64,000 nucleotides of DNA, taken from NCBI GenBank assembly GCA_030324005.1, contig JARDVH010000128.1:10323980-10387979 (forward strand). The letters run 5' to 3'. The notes under the pieces are model-generated. The model made no database searches. It was not told the origin of the DNA and worked only from the letters and a program-made list of their open reading frames with translations. This stretch comes from Negaprion brevirostris. Its lineage: Eukaryota. Positions 1 through 13,459 of this stretch are shown in pieces. Positions within the stretch are counted from its first letter, which is position 1. Every line of letters begins with the position of its first letter. The position numbers and the translations under genes were made by a program.

Positions 1-1184
1 GTTGTTTCCGTTTGAAGTGGAAACAATCTCTCTTCTTCTACCATGTGACTATATTATTCTTAAAGAATGTGGTTCTTCTCACTTAGCTAGATCCCATTAT
101 GCCATGGGGCTGCCTGCATTTTGGCAAGGTGTACAGACCATTTTCATGAAATACATGTTTGAATCCAAAATGCATATTTAAATCCTCTAACTGAGGTTCT
201 ATGTGTTTGTATGAAGTCTGTAATAAGGCAGTTTGTGATTCTTATCCAAAATTAGTCTATTGAGTTCTCGTGGTCTTTATTAGTGTTTTTTTGAAATTTT
301 CTAACAGTGACTTTTTTCAACATTGTGATTGCTATTTTAATGGCAGGAAAGTCAAGTTCAGCCACCTCTATTACCTGAGAATGAGGATTTGTCAATTGAG
401 GATTTCACAGCAGAACCAGTTTGAATTCTGAATATTTGGATTTTATGCACCTATCTGCTTTCATGTCCAAGAGTAACTGATTATGCTTGATACATGAGTA
501 TGAGAAAACGTTATAAGCTTAATAGGAATCTGTGATGTGACTTATGGAAAACTCCTCTGGGTTCACTCCCTCCCACCCTTCTCCATTTCAACTGTATAAA
601 TGAGCGAATTGCAGGACCATTCAATTACTGTCAACTGATAGACATGCAAATGCATCTGTAAATCATAGATGCCAGAAAATAAAAACTGACTCCATTGTTT
701 TGTGTACTAGTCAGGTGTTCAGCTTTTTGTTGGCAATCCCATTTGAAATTAAAATGAAGTAACACACAGTGCAACAGAATTCATCCTCGAGCAGATGAAA
801 ATCAGATTTAATTTGTCTTATTATCTAACCGCGTGTTCTTTTTACCATGTAATAATGCACGGTATATTGTTAGTTGCAGCAATGTTTTTGCTTTTTTCTT
901 GCTATGAATCTTTATTTCCAAATCTCCTTAAATTATTCTCCCTGTAAACGTGGTTGGGTAGTTGATATGGCCCTGGTCTCTGCCACTAAAATGGGTAGAA
1001 GCCAATGTGTGACGAGGTGGAAATGAATTGCCTTTTTTCTGTCTTGCAGCTGAGATCGAAATTGACACCTGTTTGCCTTTAAGGTGTTTGTGAAAGGTCC
1101 CGTGATGTGTATAAAAGTAGGGAATTCTGGCCAATATCAAATCCCTCAAACGGAATTCAAAAAAAGCAGTTTGGTCCATTATGC

Positions 1185-1300
1185 TTGTGGGACCTTACTG
1201 TATGCAGATTGATTGCTGGGTTACAACTGTGATGACACTTCAAAAATAAACTAATTGGCTTTAAAGGATTTCGTTTAGTCTTTAGTCATATGAAGTTCTT
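1185..1300 (+). mobile_element. Deu-SINE (SacSINE1/AmnSINE1-like) 3' fragment
   Basis: ttgtgggaccttactgtatgcag...gacacttcaaaa...attggctttaaag resembles the recalled Deu-SINE 3' consensus. Confidence 0.55.
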
Positions 1301-2496
1301 TCACCTTTCTTTGGTCTGGTAGTGAATCACTTAGACACAAAACCGCTCTGTGATGTTATGGATGAGACCGATATATTGTTTCTTGCCAGTCATGGACAGA
1401 CAGTATCTCCACATCCAAGGTATCTGTTTGGCTGGAAAATTTCAGTTTTTATCTCAGTTACTATTTTTGCATTCTTTCCCAGTGGCAACAGTGCATTTTA
1501 TGTTGTGTCTCTCTGTATGTCAGTACATTTGTTCTTTCTTTGCCCTCTATTTACAATGTCCAACTTCAGCATTTTGACTCTGTTGTTGTTTCACATCAAA
1601 TTTTATGCTAAATCTTGGATTTCAGAGCTGTGTAAGTTGCTGGAACCATCGATATGTGAATAAATCTGAGTCCATTTATAGAAAGCAATTTGGCCGTAAT
1701 TGCAAGCTTGATACCCTGAGGACAAAATGGTGGATTAACAAGATTAGCAGGGTTGACATATTGGCAGTTGGAAAAAATAAACTGCTCACACTAGACATGC
1801 ACGTATCAATGAAAACTTGAATACTTGGAACCAATGGTAGGTGTATCTGCTTGTGTTGCTTGACTTAGCTGGTGGGGAATTGTCCATCTAATCTTGAAAT
1901 ATCACAGCATTAAATTCAGTCAACTAATTTAAATTGCAATTTCCAAGTTTGCTTTGTTTTTAATTGTTTTGAAATTTGTCTTGATTAGACAAATTGGTGT
2001 TGAAAAGGTATATTTGCTTCTGGGGTGTCTGCAGTACATAATCTTGTAAGTTTAAAATACACAATGTGATGAAATAATTTAATATTCATATGATCAATAT
2101 GGATGGGCAAGATCATTCAACCCATTTTCGCTTATTTTGCAGAAAGCCTCAAGTCCCTTAATACAGCATCAAAGAGTCAAATAGTTCCAGAGATTTGGAC
2201 TCCACTAATTTTATCAGTCCTCATTATACTCTGTGTTTAAGAACCTCCTGACACCAGTTTTATGTTTGCCTTATATTAGTTTGAATGTGTGTGTCTCTTT
2301 ATCCTTCTGTCATAGTTTGATATGGAACAGTGTTCCAAATTGAATACTTGATTATTGTTTCTATCTTGTATGCCTCTGTTCAGTGTTGAACAGTCTCGTT
2401 TCGCCAACCTGTGAGGTCAACTCTGGGTCAATAAAATGATGTTTTCCTTTATTGCCTATGTTGCTTGAATGTCCCCTTCACTTGTGTGGGTGTATG

Positions 2497-2774
2497 GGGC
2501 AGCATNNNNNNNNNNNNNNNNNNNNNNNNNNNNNNNNNNNNNNNNNNNNNNNNNNNNNNNNNNNNNNNNNNNNNNNNNNNNNNNNNNNNNNNNNNNNNNN
2601 NNNNNNNNNNNNNNNNNNNNNNNNNNNNNNNNNNNNNNNNNNNNNNNNNNNNNNNNNNNNNNNNNNNNNNNNNNNNNNNNNNNNNNNNNNNNNNNNNNNN
2701 NNNGATTAGGGGATTTTTCATAGTAACTTCATTGCAGTGTTAATGTAAGCCTGCTTGTGACACTAATAAATAAA
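2497..2774 (+). mobile_element. HE1/V-SINE-family tRNA SINE (body in gap)
   Basis: ggggcagcat head; tail ttcatagtaacttcattgcagtgttaatgtaagcc...ctaataaa shared with the copy at 14191. Confidence 0.7.
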
Positions 2775-3360
2775 TCATGAGTGTTAAACCTAGCATCTGA
2801 TCAGAGCAATGTATAGTTTAACCATGGCTGGAATTTTACAGGTGATCGCGCCCAAGGCCAATGGGGAATGCTGTTCTGTGAGCTTGGGGTGGGCGTGACG
2901 GTAAATATCAGGGCCCATGAGTTCCTAAAAGTTCTATTTACCTTTTTGACTGCAGATTTGTAATTACTGGGTATATTGAGTACCAAGTTTCAGTAAAATT
3001 TATAGATTCTAGTAAAATTTTTTCATCTTTCAGTTTTAGCTTCAGTTATTCTGGGATCATTTTCAGAGCACCTATGCTGTCCATTTGTCTCCACATTCAG
3101 TACTTACAGGTCTCTATATTAAATTTTAATCTGCCAGTAACCCCCATCTCCTTTGTTCGGACTCAGTAGCCTTTTGTGACTTATGATTCGTGAATTCAAC
3201 ATGTCAGTAGTGAGCTTTTGTGAAGTGTTTCGGGAAATTTCAGACAGTTTGATCCAAATTTTAGCAAGAATATTTATTTTCTATTTCTGATTTTAAAATA
3301 AATGAATCAATGTCAATCAGGAAAACATCCAAGTTTATGATTCCCAAACTTTTTGCCACT

Positions 3361-3493
3361 AAAATAAAACCAAACTACTGCAGATGCTGGGAATCTGAAA
3401 TGAAAAGAGTGCTGGAAATACTTAATTGATCTGGCAGCATCTGTGGAGAGAGAAACCTTGCGTTAACGTTTCAAGTCAAGTATGACTCTTCAT
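3361..3493 (-). mobile_element. Penelope-like element terminal fragment with truncated hammerhead motif
   Basis: Minus strand reads TGA-AGAGTCATACTTGACTT-GAAACGTTAAC...TTTCTCTCTCCACAGATGCTGCCAG; same family as 14650, 36641, 43487, 48580. Confidence 0.7.
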
Positions 3494-4459
3494 GTCACTA
3501 TCACAGGTTCCTCTTTAATCCTCTCTTTATTTTTCTAATTTATTAGTATCTGTTTCACTTTGCACTTGTTTATGGTATTCTTGTTAACTCTGCATACATA
3601 TTCACCTTGTATCCTGAGCATTATACTATAATGGTATTCCTTAGGTTTTCATCAATAATTCAGATCTTTAATTGGCTTGAATTATTGATGTAAACTTGCC
3701 TTCCCTCCATCATTCTGCTTAATGTTTTTCCCCTAGTTTTTTTCTAAAATTATTATCCAGGCTAATGCCTCTTCAATCTCAGCACTGAACATATTCAGCA
3801 GTTAATTTGCTTTAAATTGGCACCACTCATTCCATTTGCATTATCTGGATCACTTAACATTAATTACCAAGTCAATACTGTATTATCGATTATCAGTACT
3901 ACCTTTTGGATTTCATGATGCTTCTTAATAACGAACCACATTACATTATATTTACTAAGCTGGATTCGAAATTACTTGAGATATTCCAAATTTATGTTAA
4001 GTTGATTGATGCACGCTGTTAGGATNNNNNNNNNNNNNNNNNNNNNNNNNNNNNNNNNNNNNNNNNNNNNNNNNNNNNNNNNNNNNNNNNNNNNNNNNNN
4101 NNNNNNNNNNNNNNNNNNNNNNNNNNNNNNNNNNNNNNNNNNNNNNNNNNNNNNNNNNNNNNNNNNNNNNNNNNNNNNNNNNNNNNNNNNNNNNNNNNNN
4201 NNNNNNNNNNNNNNNNNNNNATGTACTACTTTCCTTAAACTAAATAATATTTCTTTATTTTACTACTTTTTTTAGACATATTAACCAAACACGACGAAAG
4301 GCTGCAAAAATTAAAAAAAAGCAAATATTAAAGAAAATTTTCCAGTTGACTTATCCAATAACATAGCATAATTAAAGGTGACAAAGCGGCTTTGACCAGA
4401 GAAACTGAATTCAACCCTGGTTATGACCATTTCTTGCTGGTTTTGTCCAGTTTTACTGT

Positions 4460-4750
4460 AAAGTTAAGTTGATTTATTAGTCACGCTTACATTCACACTC
4501 AGTCAGTTAGTGTGAAAGTCCCCGAGTTGCCATATCCCGCTGCCTGTTCAGGTACACTGAGGGAGAATTTAACATGGCCAGTGCGCCTAATCTGCACATG
4601 TTTGGACCACATGAGGAGACTGGAGTACCTGGAGGAAACCGATGCAGACATGAGAATGTGCAAACTTCACATAGGCAGTAACCCAAGCTGGGAATGCAAC
4701 ACAGGTCCCTGGCATTGTGAGGCAGCATTGCTAACCATTGTGCCGCCCCT
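4460..4750 (-). mobile_element. HE1/V-SINE-family SINE
   Basis: Reverse complement has GGGCGGCACAATGGTTAGCAATGCTGCCTCACAATGCCAGGGACC head and GAAGTTTGCACATTCTC...TTTCCTCCAGGTACTCCAG V-domain. Confidence 0.85.
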
Positions 4751-5572
4751 AAGGAAAATACAATTGTGTTCCACCTTTGTGTGCTCAGATTCTAGCCAGA
4801 AATTCCTCTTATTTGGAAATCCCACTCAAACAGTAAATTATGGGAGAAGTTTATGGAGTTCTGTGGTCGTAGTGAATTATATCATTTTCAGGATCCAACT
4901 GTTCAAAGAAGCTCATTAATAAAAAAAGCATTCTGCAGGCTATAGATATTGGCTCTACATGAAAAGAAATGTTCATAGACAGTGGTAGCACACACCGACC
5001 TGTCTCCAGTTGATGTTGGTAGACTTATTGATGTCAATGAGTTTGAAGTTTAATTTGTCTGAGCTAATGTGTTTCTCCAATACAAAAACGACTTTGTCCT
5101 GTTCTTGAGTTATTTAGTAACATTATTTCTTCTAATAATAGCACATGTTTTAGTAATTTGGTGCCAGCCATTTAAGATTAATGAAATTGCTTGTCAGATG
5201 AAATCATGACCGTCCTTTATGGTGAAATGAAGGGTGCTTTGTTATGACTTAGCAATTGAACAACACTTCAATTAATTTATGATTTGACTTCGGTGAATAA
5301 ATAATTACCAATATATTTTAGCTTTGTGAAATTATCCCCATTTTGGAATAGGGCATTTTTGGTTGCTATGGAGTATTGTTTCCATGGTAGCATCTGCCTA
5401 AGGCTTAAAATAAAGGTCACAGTGTATGGTTATACTTTTTGTGTAATGAGATTTGCCCTGCAGTTTTGAATTAACGTATCTATATTTGAACAATTATTTG
5501 GAACTTTTGTGTTAATCCCATGTTCTTCACCTCTGTCATTTGAATGCAGAAAGCAAATATAATTTAAAAATA

Positions 5573-7430
5573 CACTCAATTCCTGTCATTCACAGGGACT
5601 CTCTTTCTCGCAGAGAGTGAAATCGCAATTGGTGAACGTATTTTATAATGGGAGTGAATGAGATCGGTTCCAGTCATCCCCAAATTTCACATTTTAAAAT
5701 TAAAGCAGTCAATAAAAACCATGTTTTTTGAGTAAATTGAAGACAATTTTAATTAAGAAACTGTTAGATAACAAAAGAAAACAACAAATTTAAACTTGTC
5801 ACTTCCAGAATACAGTGGTACATTTTACAAATCACAGTACATTAGTGCACTGTACAGTGAATTGTAGATAATTTTATTGAAAAAATTATTTGTCAACACA
5901 AGAAAACAAGAACAATTTAAAACTTGTCACTCAGAATACAGTACCTAATTTACAAATCACAATACATTACTGTACAATACAAGTACGGTACTTGAGATTG
6001 GAGGAGATGGAATGGGTGACGTGGCTCATGCAGGCATTGATGTGGAATATTTGGACGAGGAGAAAAATATTACTGTTGACTGCTTCACCTTTTGCTTTTC
6101 AATTTTGTGAAGCTCTCTGTAAGGAACAATAGCTTTGTCAATTGTGCTGCAAAGGCAATGCTTCTTTTTATGTTTGTATCAGGGTCCGTTGACTTTTTTC
6201 AAATCTGTGGCTGACCTGGGTTCTGCCATCATCTTGATTGTGAACTGAGTCATTTTAGGCCCTCTTTCCTGCTCCTATTAGGACTCATTTAATGTCATCA
6301 ATTCAGCCAATTCGTACTGGTCACTCTTGATGAGATTGAATCAATTCATCCACTTCAAATCTGTCCCTTCCGATTTGTTTTGTTAAGTCAGCAATCCTGG
6401 CCACTTCAGCTTCCACATTGGAGAACCCTGTGAAATCATTCACAGCCTCAGGCCAATTTTTTTTTCCCAGCAGGCATTTATGTTTAAAGCTGTAACATCC
6501 TTAATTATGCTGATTGCTATGAGGATGTTGAATTGCTTCCAACAGTCGTGGACAGTGGTTGAAGGGACTGCTTCCTGAAGATGAAGGATGTGGCTGAAAC
6601 TTTGTCCAGTGTAGCACTTCCCTTGAATGAGGCATTCACCCCAAGACCATTTATTGGGTAAGTACAGTTGTACTTGGGGCTAAAAACAAAATCTCAGCAT
6701 CTGGATGATTCTCTGTGAGTGTGTGTGGAAGCCCAAGTATTATTATTGAGGCTGAGTAGGACCTTGAAAAAGAATTTTTTTCCCTATAAGTGCTGGCCTA
6801 TGACAGAAAGCAATTGGCAACCGTTCTTAAAATCTGCTATAAACCAGGCATCGCTATTGGCCTTTCAAAAGACCGGCAGAGGACTTTTTTTCCCTTTGAA
6901 AGCTCAAGGGTTTTCTGGCCTTTATCACATTGACACATAAGTGTTAATTTGTCTTTTACTGCTTTAAATATCGGAGTTGTCTTCTTCTTTTGAACTGTAA
7001 GCCCTCTTTTGGCATCTTCTTTCCAGAGCAGGCCAGTATCATCTGCATTGAAGACCCACTGTGCCTGATAGCCTCTCTATTCAACGTACTCCTGTAGCAC
7101 CTTTGGAAACACTCCTGCAGCTGCATAGTCAGAAGAAACAGTCCCCTCTGCAATGTCACATTATGAAGCCANNNNNNNNNNNNNNNNNNNNNNNNNNNNN
7201 NNNNNNNNNNNNNNNNNNNNNNNNNNNNNNNNNNNNNNNNNNNNNNNNNNNNNNNNNNNNNNNNNNNNNNNNNNNNNNNNNNNNNNNNNNNNNNNNNNNN
7301 NGTTCTGGTTCAATTCAAAGGCTTTGTTTGAAATGATTGGACCATGGACTGGAGTCTTCCTTTGATGTGGGTGCTCTATCCACATTTGAGTACCTTGTCC
7401 ATTTCCTCTAAGTGTGGATCTCCTACCCAC
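5573..7430 (-). mobile_element. Decayed Tigger/pogo DNA transposon (TIGD1-like transposase pseudogene)
   Basis: Minus-strand fragments: WIEHPHQRKTPVHGPIISNKAFEL (CENP-B-type HTH), VFNADDTGL-SGKKMPK, LPVFWKANSDAWF, KVLLSLNN, NWPEAVNDFTGF; frameshifts and stops; TA-CA end at about 5571. Confidence 0.8.
5770..5980. repeat. Two-copy ~125-bp imperfect tandem repeat in the Tigger subterminal region
   Basis: aagaaaacaa...aaacttgtcact...cagaatacagt...tttacaaatcaca.tacatta occurs twice. Confidence 0.7.
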
Positions 7431-7676
7431 AAAAGTTAACCTGGCAGTTCAGCTATCAGAAACAGTAACACTGACCCATATTTTATCTTCAGACTGCATA
7501 ATATACCTGACCATGGATTCAATCACAGAGTATTCCCTGGCTAGCATTGAAGCACTTGCACCATTTCTCAGTCTATTTAGGATTATGACATTTTGTTCAT
7601 GTCATCATTTGTACTGTATTGTAACTATTGTGCTACAGTATATCTGGTAAATCACAGCAACCAATGTGCACATTTG

Positions 7677-9210
7677 TGTTGTAGCCGATGGAAATCCATT
7701 TACAGAATCAAGCAGAAGATATTCTGTAATTCATAATTGTTTTGCTGTTGTACAACAGTTGAATATAGATACTAGTTTCCACTCTTCTCCTGGATTGTCT
7801 CCCTGTGCAGAAGCCACTCGCTACTGGGGAAAAACCCAGTTTTCCAGTATGGGTTTCAGTGAGCATCACCTGCTGTCAACTCACTCTTGAGCTAGTCCTG
7901 GTTTGCTCTTAAAGGGACCTACATTTTTAACATGGTCAGAACCCCTCTTAAGAAAAAGAAATCTATTTAGACAAAAATATATAGATGTACATTTGGGAGA
8001 AAACAAGTGAGACATCTGTTTAGAATTTTCAACAATTGTACTGTATCGGCATTCCTTTTTGTGAAACAATCTGATATTTGGTGTCTAATATCGACCCCTC
8101 TTAGCTTAGAGATTTCTTTGCTCAACAGCATCTGCTTTAAACAGACTGTGTCCATCCTGAACCATTTTTCATTTACACTTTTTTGTAGAATGTACATTAC
8201 CCCACAAAGATCAGTTATCCATGTAACATTCTTTTGATATTGTTCTTTCAGTCTCTCTTTATACAGCATTCCCTCCAAGATCTTGCACACACACAACAGC
8301 ATCAATGAGAGCAAGACTTAAAGCTGCTAGTGTGCTCTTCACAATTGTTAATTTCTTTGTCTCCCATGCCAAGGGCTGCATGTCCTATTATCTGCCACAA
8401 GAAGTATCACAAATCCTTCTGTACTGGAAAACCCATTGCCAAGGTTTGCATGTGAAGCAGCACTAAAAATGATTAATTTTATGTTATTGGTATCACCCAA
8501 AGCTGGGAACTTTTGCATAGACTTCTCTATTTTAAATTTTTTCAAAGTTTAATTCACTCTTCAGATGTTTGCTACCTCTTGGATTTTTCATGACAAGACC
8601 AAATTCCAGCATGAACTTGCATCTGGTCTTGCCTGTCTGCCTCACCAATTGAGCTGTCCAATGAGACTCATCAGCTGTTCTATCTCATCCTTGGTAAAAG
8701 CCACATCTTCCTATCTGAATTTGATACAACTAATTGTGGTATGATTAACATTGCCTACATAAGACTGTTCATGTAAAATTATATCTTACTCTGGTTAATT
8801 GCCAAACCCACATATTTGAAAGCTCCAAAAGCTTTACCATCAATTTTAAATGCCTTCCTAATTTCCCCCTAACCCACTCCACAAAAAATCATCCAAATGC
8901 ATCATGAAGATACCCAAAGGTTTTCCATCAGAGTGCCAGTGGAATATGGCTGGGTTCACTTTCAGTCGTGCACACCCTAACTTTAACAGAAACATCCTTA
9001 CCCAAAAGTATTATACGCAATGCGTAATTTACACATTTGTTCAATTTCCAGAGTTTCCCCACTATTTGTCATAGACTTCGTGCTTCTTTCGGAGGTTATA
9101 AGAATACTTCCCTCTTCCGCAGATGACCCTGAAGAAAGGTTGGTTTGATACCCATGGAGTTACACTTCCAAGAATAAGTTGTTAAAATGGCTTAAAAATC
9201 TTGAAATTCC
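7677..9210 (-). mobile_element. Ty1/Copia (GalEa-like) LTR retrotransposon remnant: RT, RNase H and probable 3' LTR (7677-7932)
   Basis: Minus strand: SWKCNSMGIKPTFLQG, GIFMMHLDDFLWSG (RT), KLIIFSAASHANLGNGFSSTEGFVILL and HQISDCFTKR (RNase H at the C-terminus, Copia order), then purine run aagagggg and a TGTT...AACA-bounded segment. Confidence 0.8.
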
Positions 9211-9667
9211 TGGTTTAATCTTAATTGGAACTGCATCTTTAACATTGTCATTGCAGAGTGAGCTTTCCTCAGGGGAAAGATGACAATTTTTTTTTTAATG
9301 GTTTCTGCTGTAAATGTTTTATTAACCTTTCAGGCCCATGTATTTAAATGGGAAGTGAGTCGCAGATGAGCCAAGTTCTGGGATCATGAACCCAACTGGA
9401 TCCACAGATTTGTGTTGGTAAACGGAATCATGATGCAGGGGGACACAAGCTATAGGAGTTGACTATAAAACACGAAGAAACTTAACTTGAATCATGTGAT
9501 TATTACCTTTATGGATTCAAGTTAGTTCCATATTTGTGAATATCTTTGCAACATTCAAACACATTGCAATTTAAAATCATTGGTTACTATTTGAAGAATT
9601 GTGTTTGGGCATCTTGTAAAATGAATGGTACAAAGACTCTCAGTTAATAAGCTGAAACTCTCTTGAA

Positions 9668-10418
9668 TAGGCATGTCCAACCTTTTCACCTGTGGGGGGC
9701 ACCTGTGGGGGGCCACATTTCAAATTTTTTCTCAATGGGTCAACAGCAAAATTTCAGAAAGATAAAACTTCCGCACAACATTAAACAGTAATTTAAAAAA
9801 AAAAATCAACAACTTTCTGAGCAAGAATAAAACACTTAATAATAAATAAAGATGAGGATTAGAGTGTAGTAGTGAGACGGTGTGTGTCCAGCTCATTCCC
9901 CCTCACTCCCCCTCTCCAAACCTGAGAGTGGATGAGAGAGCATGATGGTGGGTGAGGGTGAATAAGAACCCTGAATCTGGGAATGGGCCAGATTTAGAGA
10001 CACACTCTGGCCCCACACATGTTCCCTCGGCCCCCNNNNNNNNNNNNNNNNNNNNNNNNNNNNNNNNNNNNNNNNNNNNNNNNNNNNNNNNNNNNNNNNN
10101 NNNNNNNNNNNNNNNNNNNNNNNNNNNNNNNNNNNACACACTCTGGCCCCACACATGTTCCCTCTGCCCCCTCACCCACACCCATATCCCTGCCCCCTCA
10201 CCCACACTCCTATCCCTGCCCCCTTCCTTACACTTGTTTCCCCCTCCCCTACACACACACACACTCTGGCTCTCTTTCTCTCTCTCCCTCTTGCCTTTTC
10301 GCTCTTCCCGAACTTTTCTCTTTGCCTCGTGCCCTTGCCGCCTCGCATTCTCTCACCCTTGCCCAGCTGCCTCGTGCCCCCTACTCCTGCTGCCTCGCGC
10401 CCCCTACTTGGACTGTTG
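9668..10418. mobile_element. hAT-type non-autonomous element with internal C-rich minisatellite
   Basis: Left end taggcatgtccaaccttttcacctg...gggccacattt; unit acacactctggccccacacatgttccctc repeated; related to 11446-12184; right end degenerate. Confidence 0.55.
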
Positions 10419-10449
10419 ACTCCAATGATGCAGCAAGCCAGATGAAAAT

Positions 10450-10700
10450 GCTGGGCCTCAAGTGTGCTGGAGAAAATAGGACAGGAGTGGGCCATTCAGC
10501 CCATTGATCCCGTTCTGCCATTAAGTTCATGGCTGATAATCTACTTCAATGTTACTTTCCCATGCTGTTTCCATATCCCATGATGTCATTATTTTGTAGA
10601 AATCTAATGATTCCTGTTTCGAACATGCTCTGTGATTGAGCTTCCACAGCCCTCTGAGGGAGAGAATTCCTGAGTAAAGAAATCCCTTTTCATCCCAAGC
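10450..10700 (-). mobile_element. CR1/HER1 LINE 3' fragment
   Basis: aaataggacaggagtgggccattcagccc...ttgagcttccacagccctctgagggagagaattcc, a typical reversed CR1 3' end. Confidence 0.7.
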
Positions 10701-11445
10701 ACAGACTTTACAAAGGTTTTGTAGTGCAACATCATCTGTTCCACATCCAGCATTTGCTTCATTTGTAATATTATTAGAAAATGGTTCTTGTGTTAAAATT
10801 GGAACATTTGAATTCTCAGAGCTATAGTATAGGCAGAACTCTGCAGTGAAAATTGATGTTGGTTGACCCTCAGACATACGAGCTTTTATGTACAGCAGAA
10901 TCGGATCATGGAATTGTGGGCTGTGTTTGGTATTGAGAATCTCATCCCACTGGTTTTCTATGGTTTTGAAGCAATAAGTAAAGAATACACATTTCTCTTA
11001 TGCAAATGTAAAGCTCCTGCAAGAGATTCTTTCATTAATTTTTAGTTGGATTGCTTAATAGCACTCCCCAGGTTACAATTTATAATTTCCCTGCTTTGAA
11101 ATTCTGAAAATAGCTGATGCATAGTATTAATACATTTTAGAGAGGTTAGAACAACCCAGCAGAACCACTCTGAAGAGTTGCAGTTGTAACTCCGGTGCAG
11201 AGCTTTTGGAAAATACAGGAAGTGCTGGAGTGGCCTTGAAGTGTTGGTGCTTTGCATCAGAGTTGAAGATAAGCTGAAGACCTTATGGAAGGCAATGATA
11301 TGGTTTGTGGTCTTGATGTGAATTAAAATTCTGTTAATTACATTGCTTGATAAAACTTGTTTTAAAGACCAACATAAAGGAAGTTAAAACAAAACTTCTT
11401 AGTCTCTATACCCCAAGCTTTTAGCACTTGCACATCAATTTGCAG

Positions 11446-12184
11446 CAGATTTGTCCAACCCTTTCACCTGGGGTGGACCACATTTGCACTTAGTCTAACT
11501 TGGGCAAATTACAGAATGATTAGGATTCACAGAATAATCAATTGTATTTCAAAATAAGTTGACATATTAAGAAACAATTCTTAAGCAAAAATAAAGCAAT
11601 GTCATTAGCAAATTAGGTAAATTAAGAAAGAGTAATTAATAAAAATAACCAGAGTGCATGTGTGTCTGACTCACACCCACTCACCTTCATTCACTGTAAA
11701 TGGCTATGTGCATTTGTGTTGATGTGTGCTGGTGAGAGTCAGTGAGAAATCTGAGACTGGGAGAAAGTCAGACACACCCTCAATCTCTCCCTCACTTCCT
11801 TCCACTCACTCATTCACTCACTCTCTCTCTCTCTCTTTCACTCTCTCTCTCTCTCTTTCACTCATTCACTCTATCTTTCACTCNNNNNNNNNNNNNNNNN
11901 NNNNNNNNNNNNNNNNNNNNNNNNNNNNNNNNNNNNNNNNNNNNNNNNNNNNNNNNNNNNNNNNNNNNNNNNNNNNNNNNNNNTCGGACCCAACACAATA
12001 GTGAGCCTACCAGCAGTAAACGTGGGAGAGAGATCCCTGTATTTGGAGGGGCAAATCCATGCAGAATCTTTCATTCAAAAGCACTGATTTAACTAGCATT
12101 TTGGAAACGGATTCCAAGTGGGGGTGCATGGTGGGACTTTGTGGGCCGGATGTGACGGCTGGCGCTCTATGTTGGACAAGTCTG
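11446..12184. mobile_element. hAT-type MITE with CT/CTCA simple-repeat core
   Basis: TIRs cagatttgtccaac / gttggacaagtctg (13/14 match); TSD not well preserved. Confidence 0.7.
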
Positions 12185-13459
12185 ATGTACGTTCGGATAG
12201 ATTCCCACTCATTCTTTGGTACATCTTGCTTTCCTGGAGTCTCTTTGGTTTTTTGAAATAAAAATTGAAAGCACATAATATAATCAAGGTCATAGAGTTA
12301 CATTTGTCACAGGAAAAAGGTCAGAATCAAGCAATTGGATTTTCAAAGCATCACTAGAATTCCGTGCAAGAAGGATCGAGTTTGACTTTTCCAGTCATCA
12401 GTGGCTCCTGATAATGAATAACGTGAGGCATCATGAGGAATATTGTTTGACATCTAGAGTTCTCTGAATCTCTGTGCCACTGGTCACGGTAGCTAAGAGG
12501 ATGCAGTGTTTTAGAAGGACAGGAACAGTACACAAGTTGTTATATTCTGTTGCTAAAATGTAGATGTATATCCCTTGAAGCGGAAAAGGTTATTCCTTGA
12601 CCAGAATGACTTGATCAATTTTTAATTTAATAAGTAAAGTCAATAAGTAAACAAGTTCATGAGTAAAAATCTTAGCTATGTTTGGAAAAATCAATTAAGT
12701 ACATTAAAAATGTTTACATTAAACCAATTGTCGGAGAGGAGTGNNNNNNNNNNNNTTTAAAAATATTATTGTTGTATTTGTTTCTAAGTCAAAAGGGTGG
12801 GTGAACTGAATGGTTTATGAAGGATATGAAGATTTGGTTTGAAAGAAAAGATTTGATATGTACTCCTTTTTACAATCTTGGTAGATGCACATAATCACTA
12901 ACTTAAAACAAATAAAAAATAATGGATCTTGCATGCCAATGCTCATGTAAAGTTACAGGAGATATATATTGTCTGTCTTTCACATACTTATGCTCTTCAT
13001 TTTCCCTCCTTTCTTGTTCCTGATTTCTCTCATTTCTTCCTTTTTTGTGTTTACTCATGCTAATCATTGTGTTCACTTCCTTGCTCTTTTCTGTCTTCCT
13101 TTCCCTCTTAAAGTTTTGACCCAACATTCTTGACTCCATTCAGTCCTTGCTTGTCTGCCCCATTTCGGCACTACGCTGCTGAAGTATCAAGTGATTCTTC
13201 AAAATACTTATGCTATTCAGCTGATAGTAGAGTTCTTCACACAAAGCGGGAGAGCACAGGATACAAAGTAGCAGAACCCCCAGGAAGGAGGGGACAGATA
13301 TCACAGCACCAGAAATGGGTACCTTGAATATAATTTCAACTTCAGTAATGAAGTGAGGCATGCTGGCACTGAGAGTAGAAACTGCTTGAAGTCTCAGCAG
13401 CAGCATGAACAATGAGGGAACTACCTGTTTTTTCAAATGTTTAAATTAAACAATACAAA

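Noticed and set aside
13144-13318. Possible exon after a long pyrimidine tract in intron 1
   Set aside because: 175 nt, weak donor (gtacct), stop codon in the required phase, no recognisable homology.
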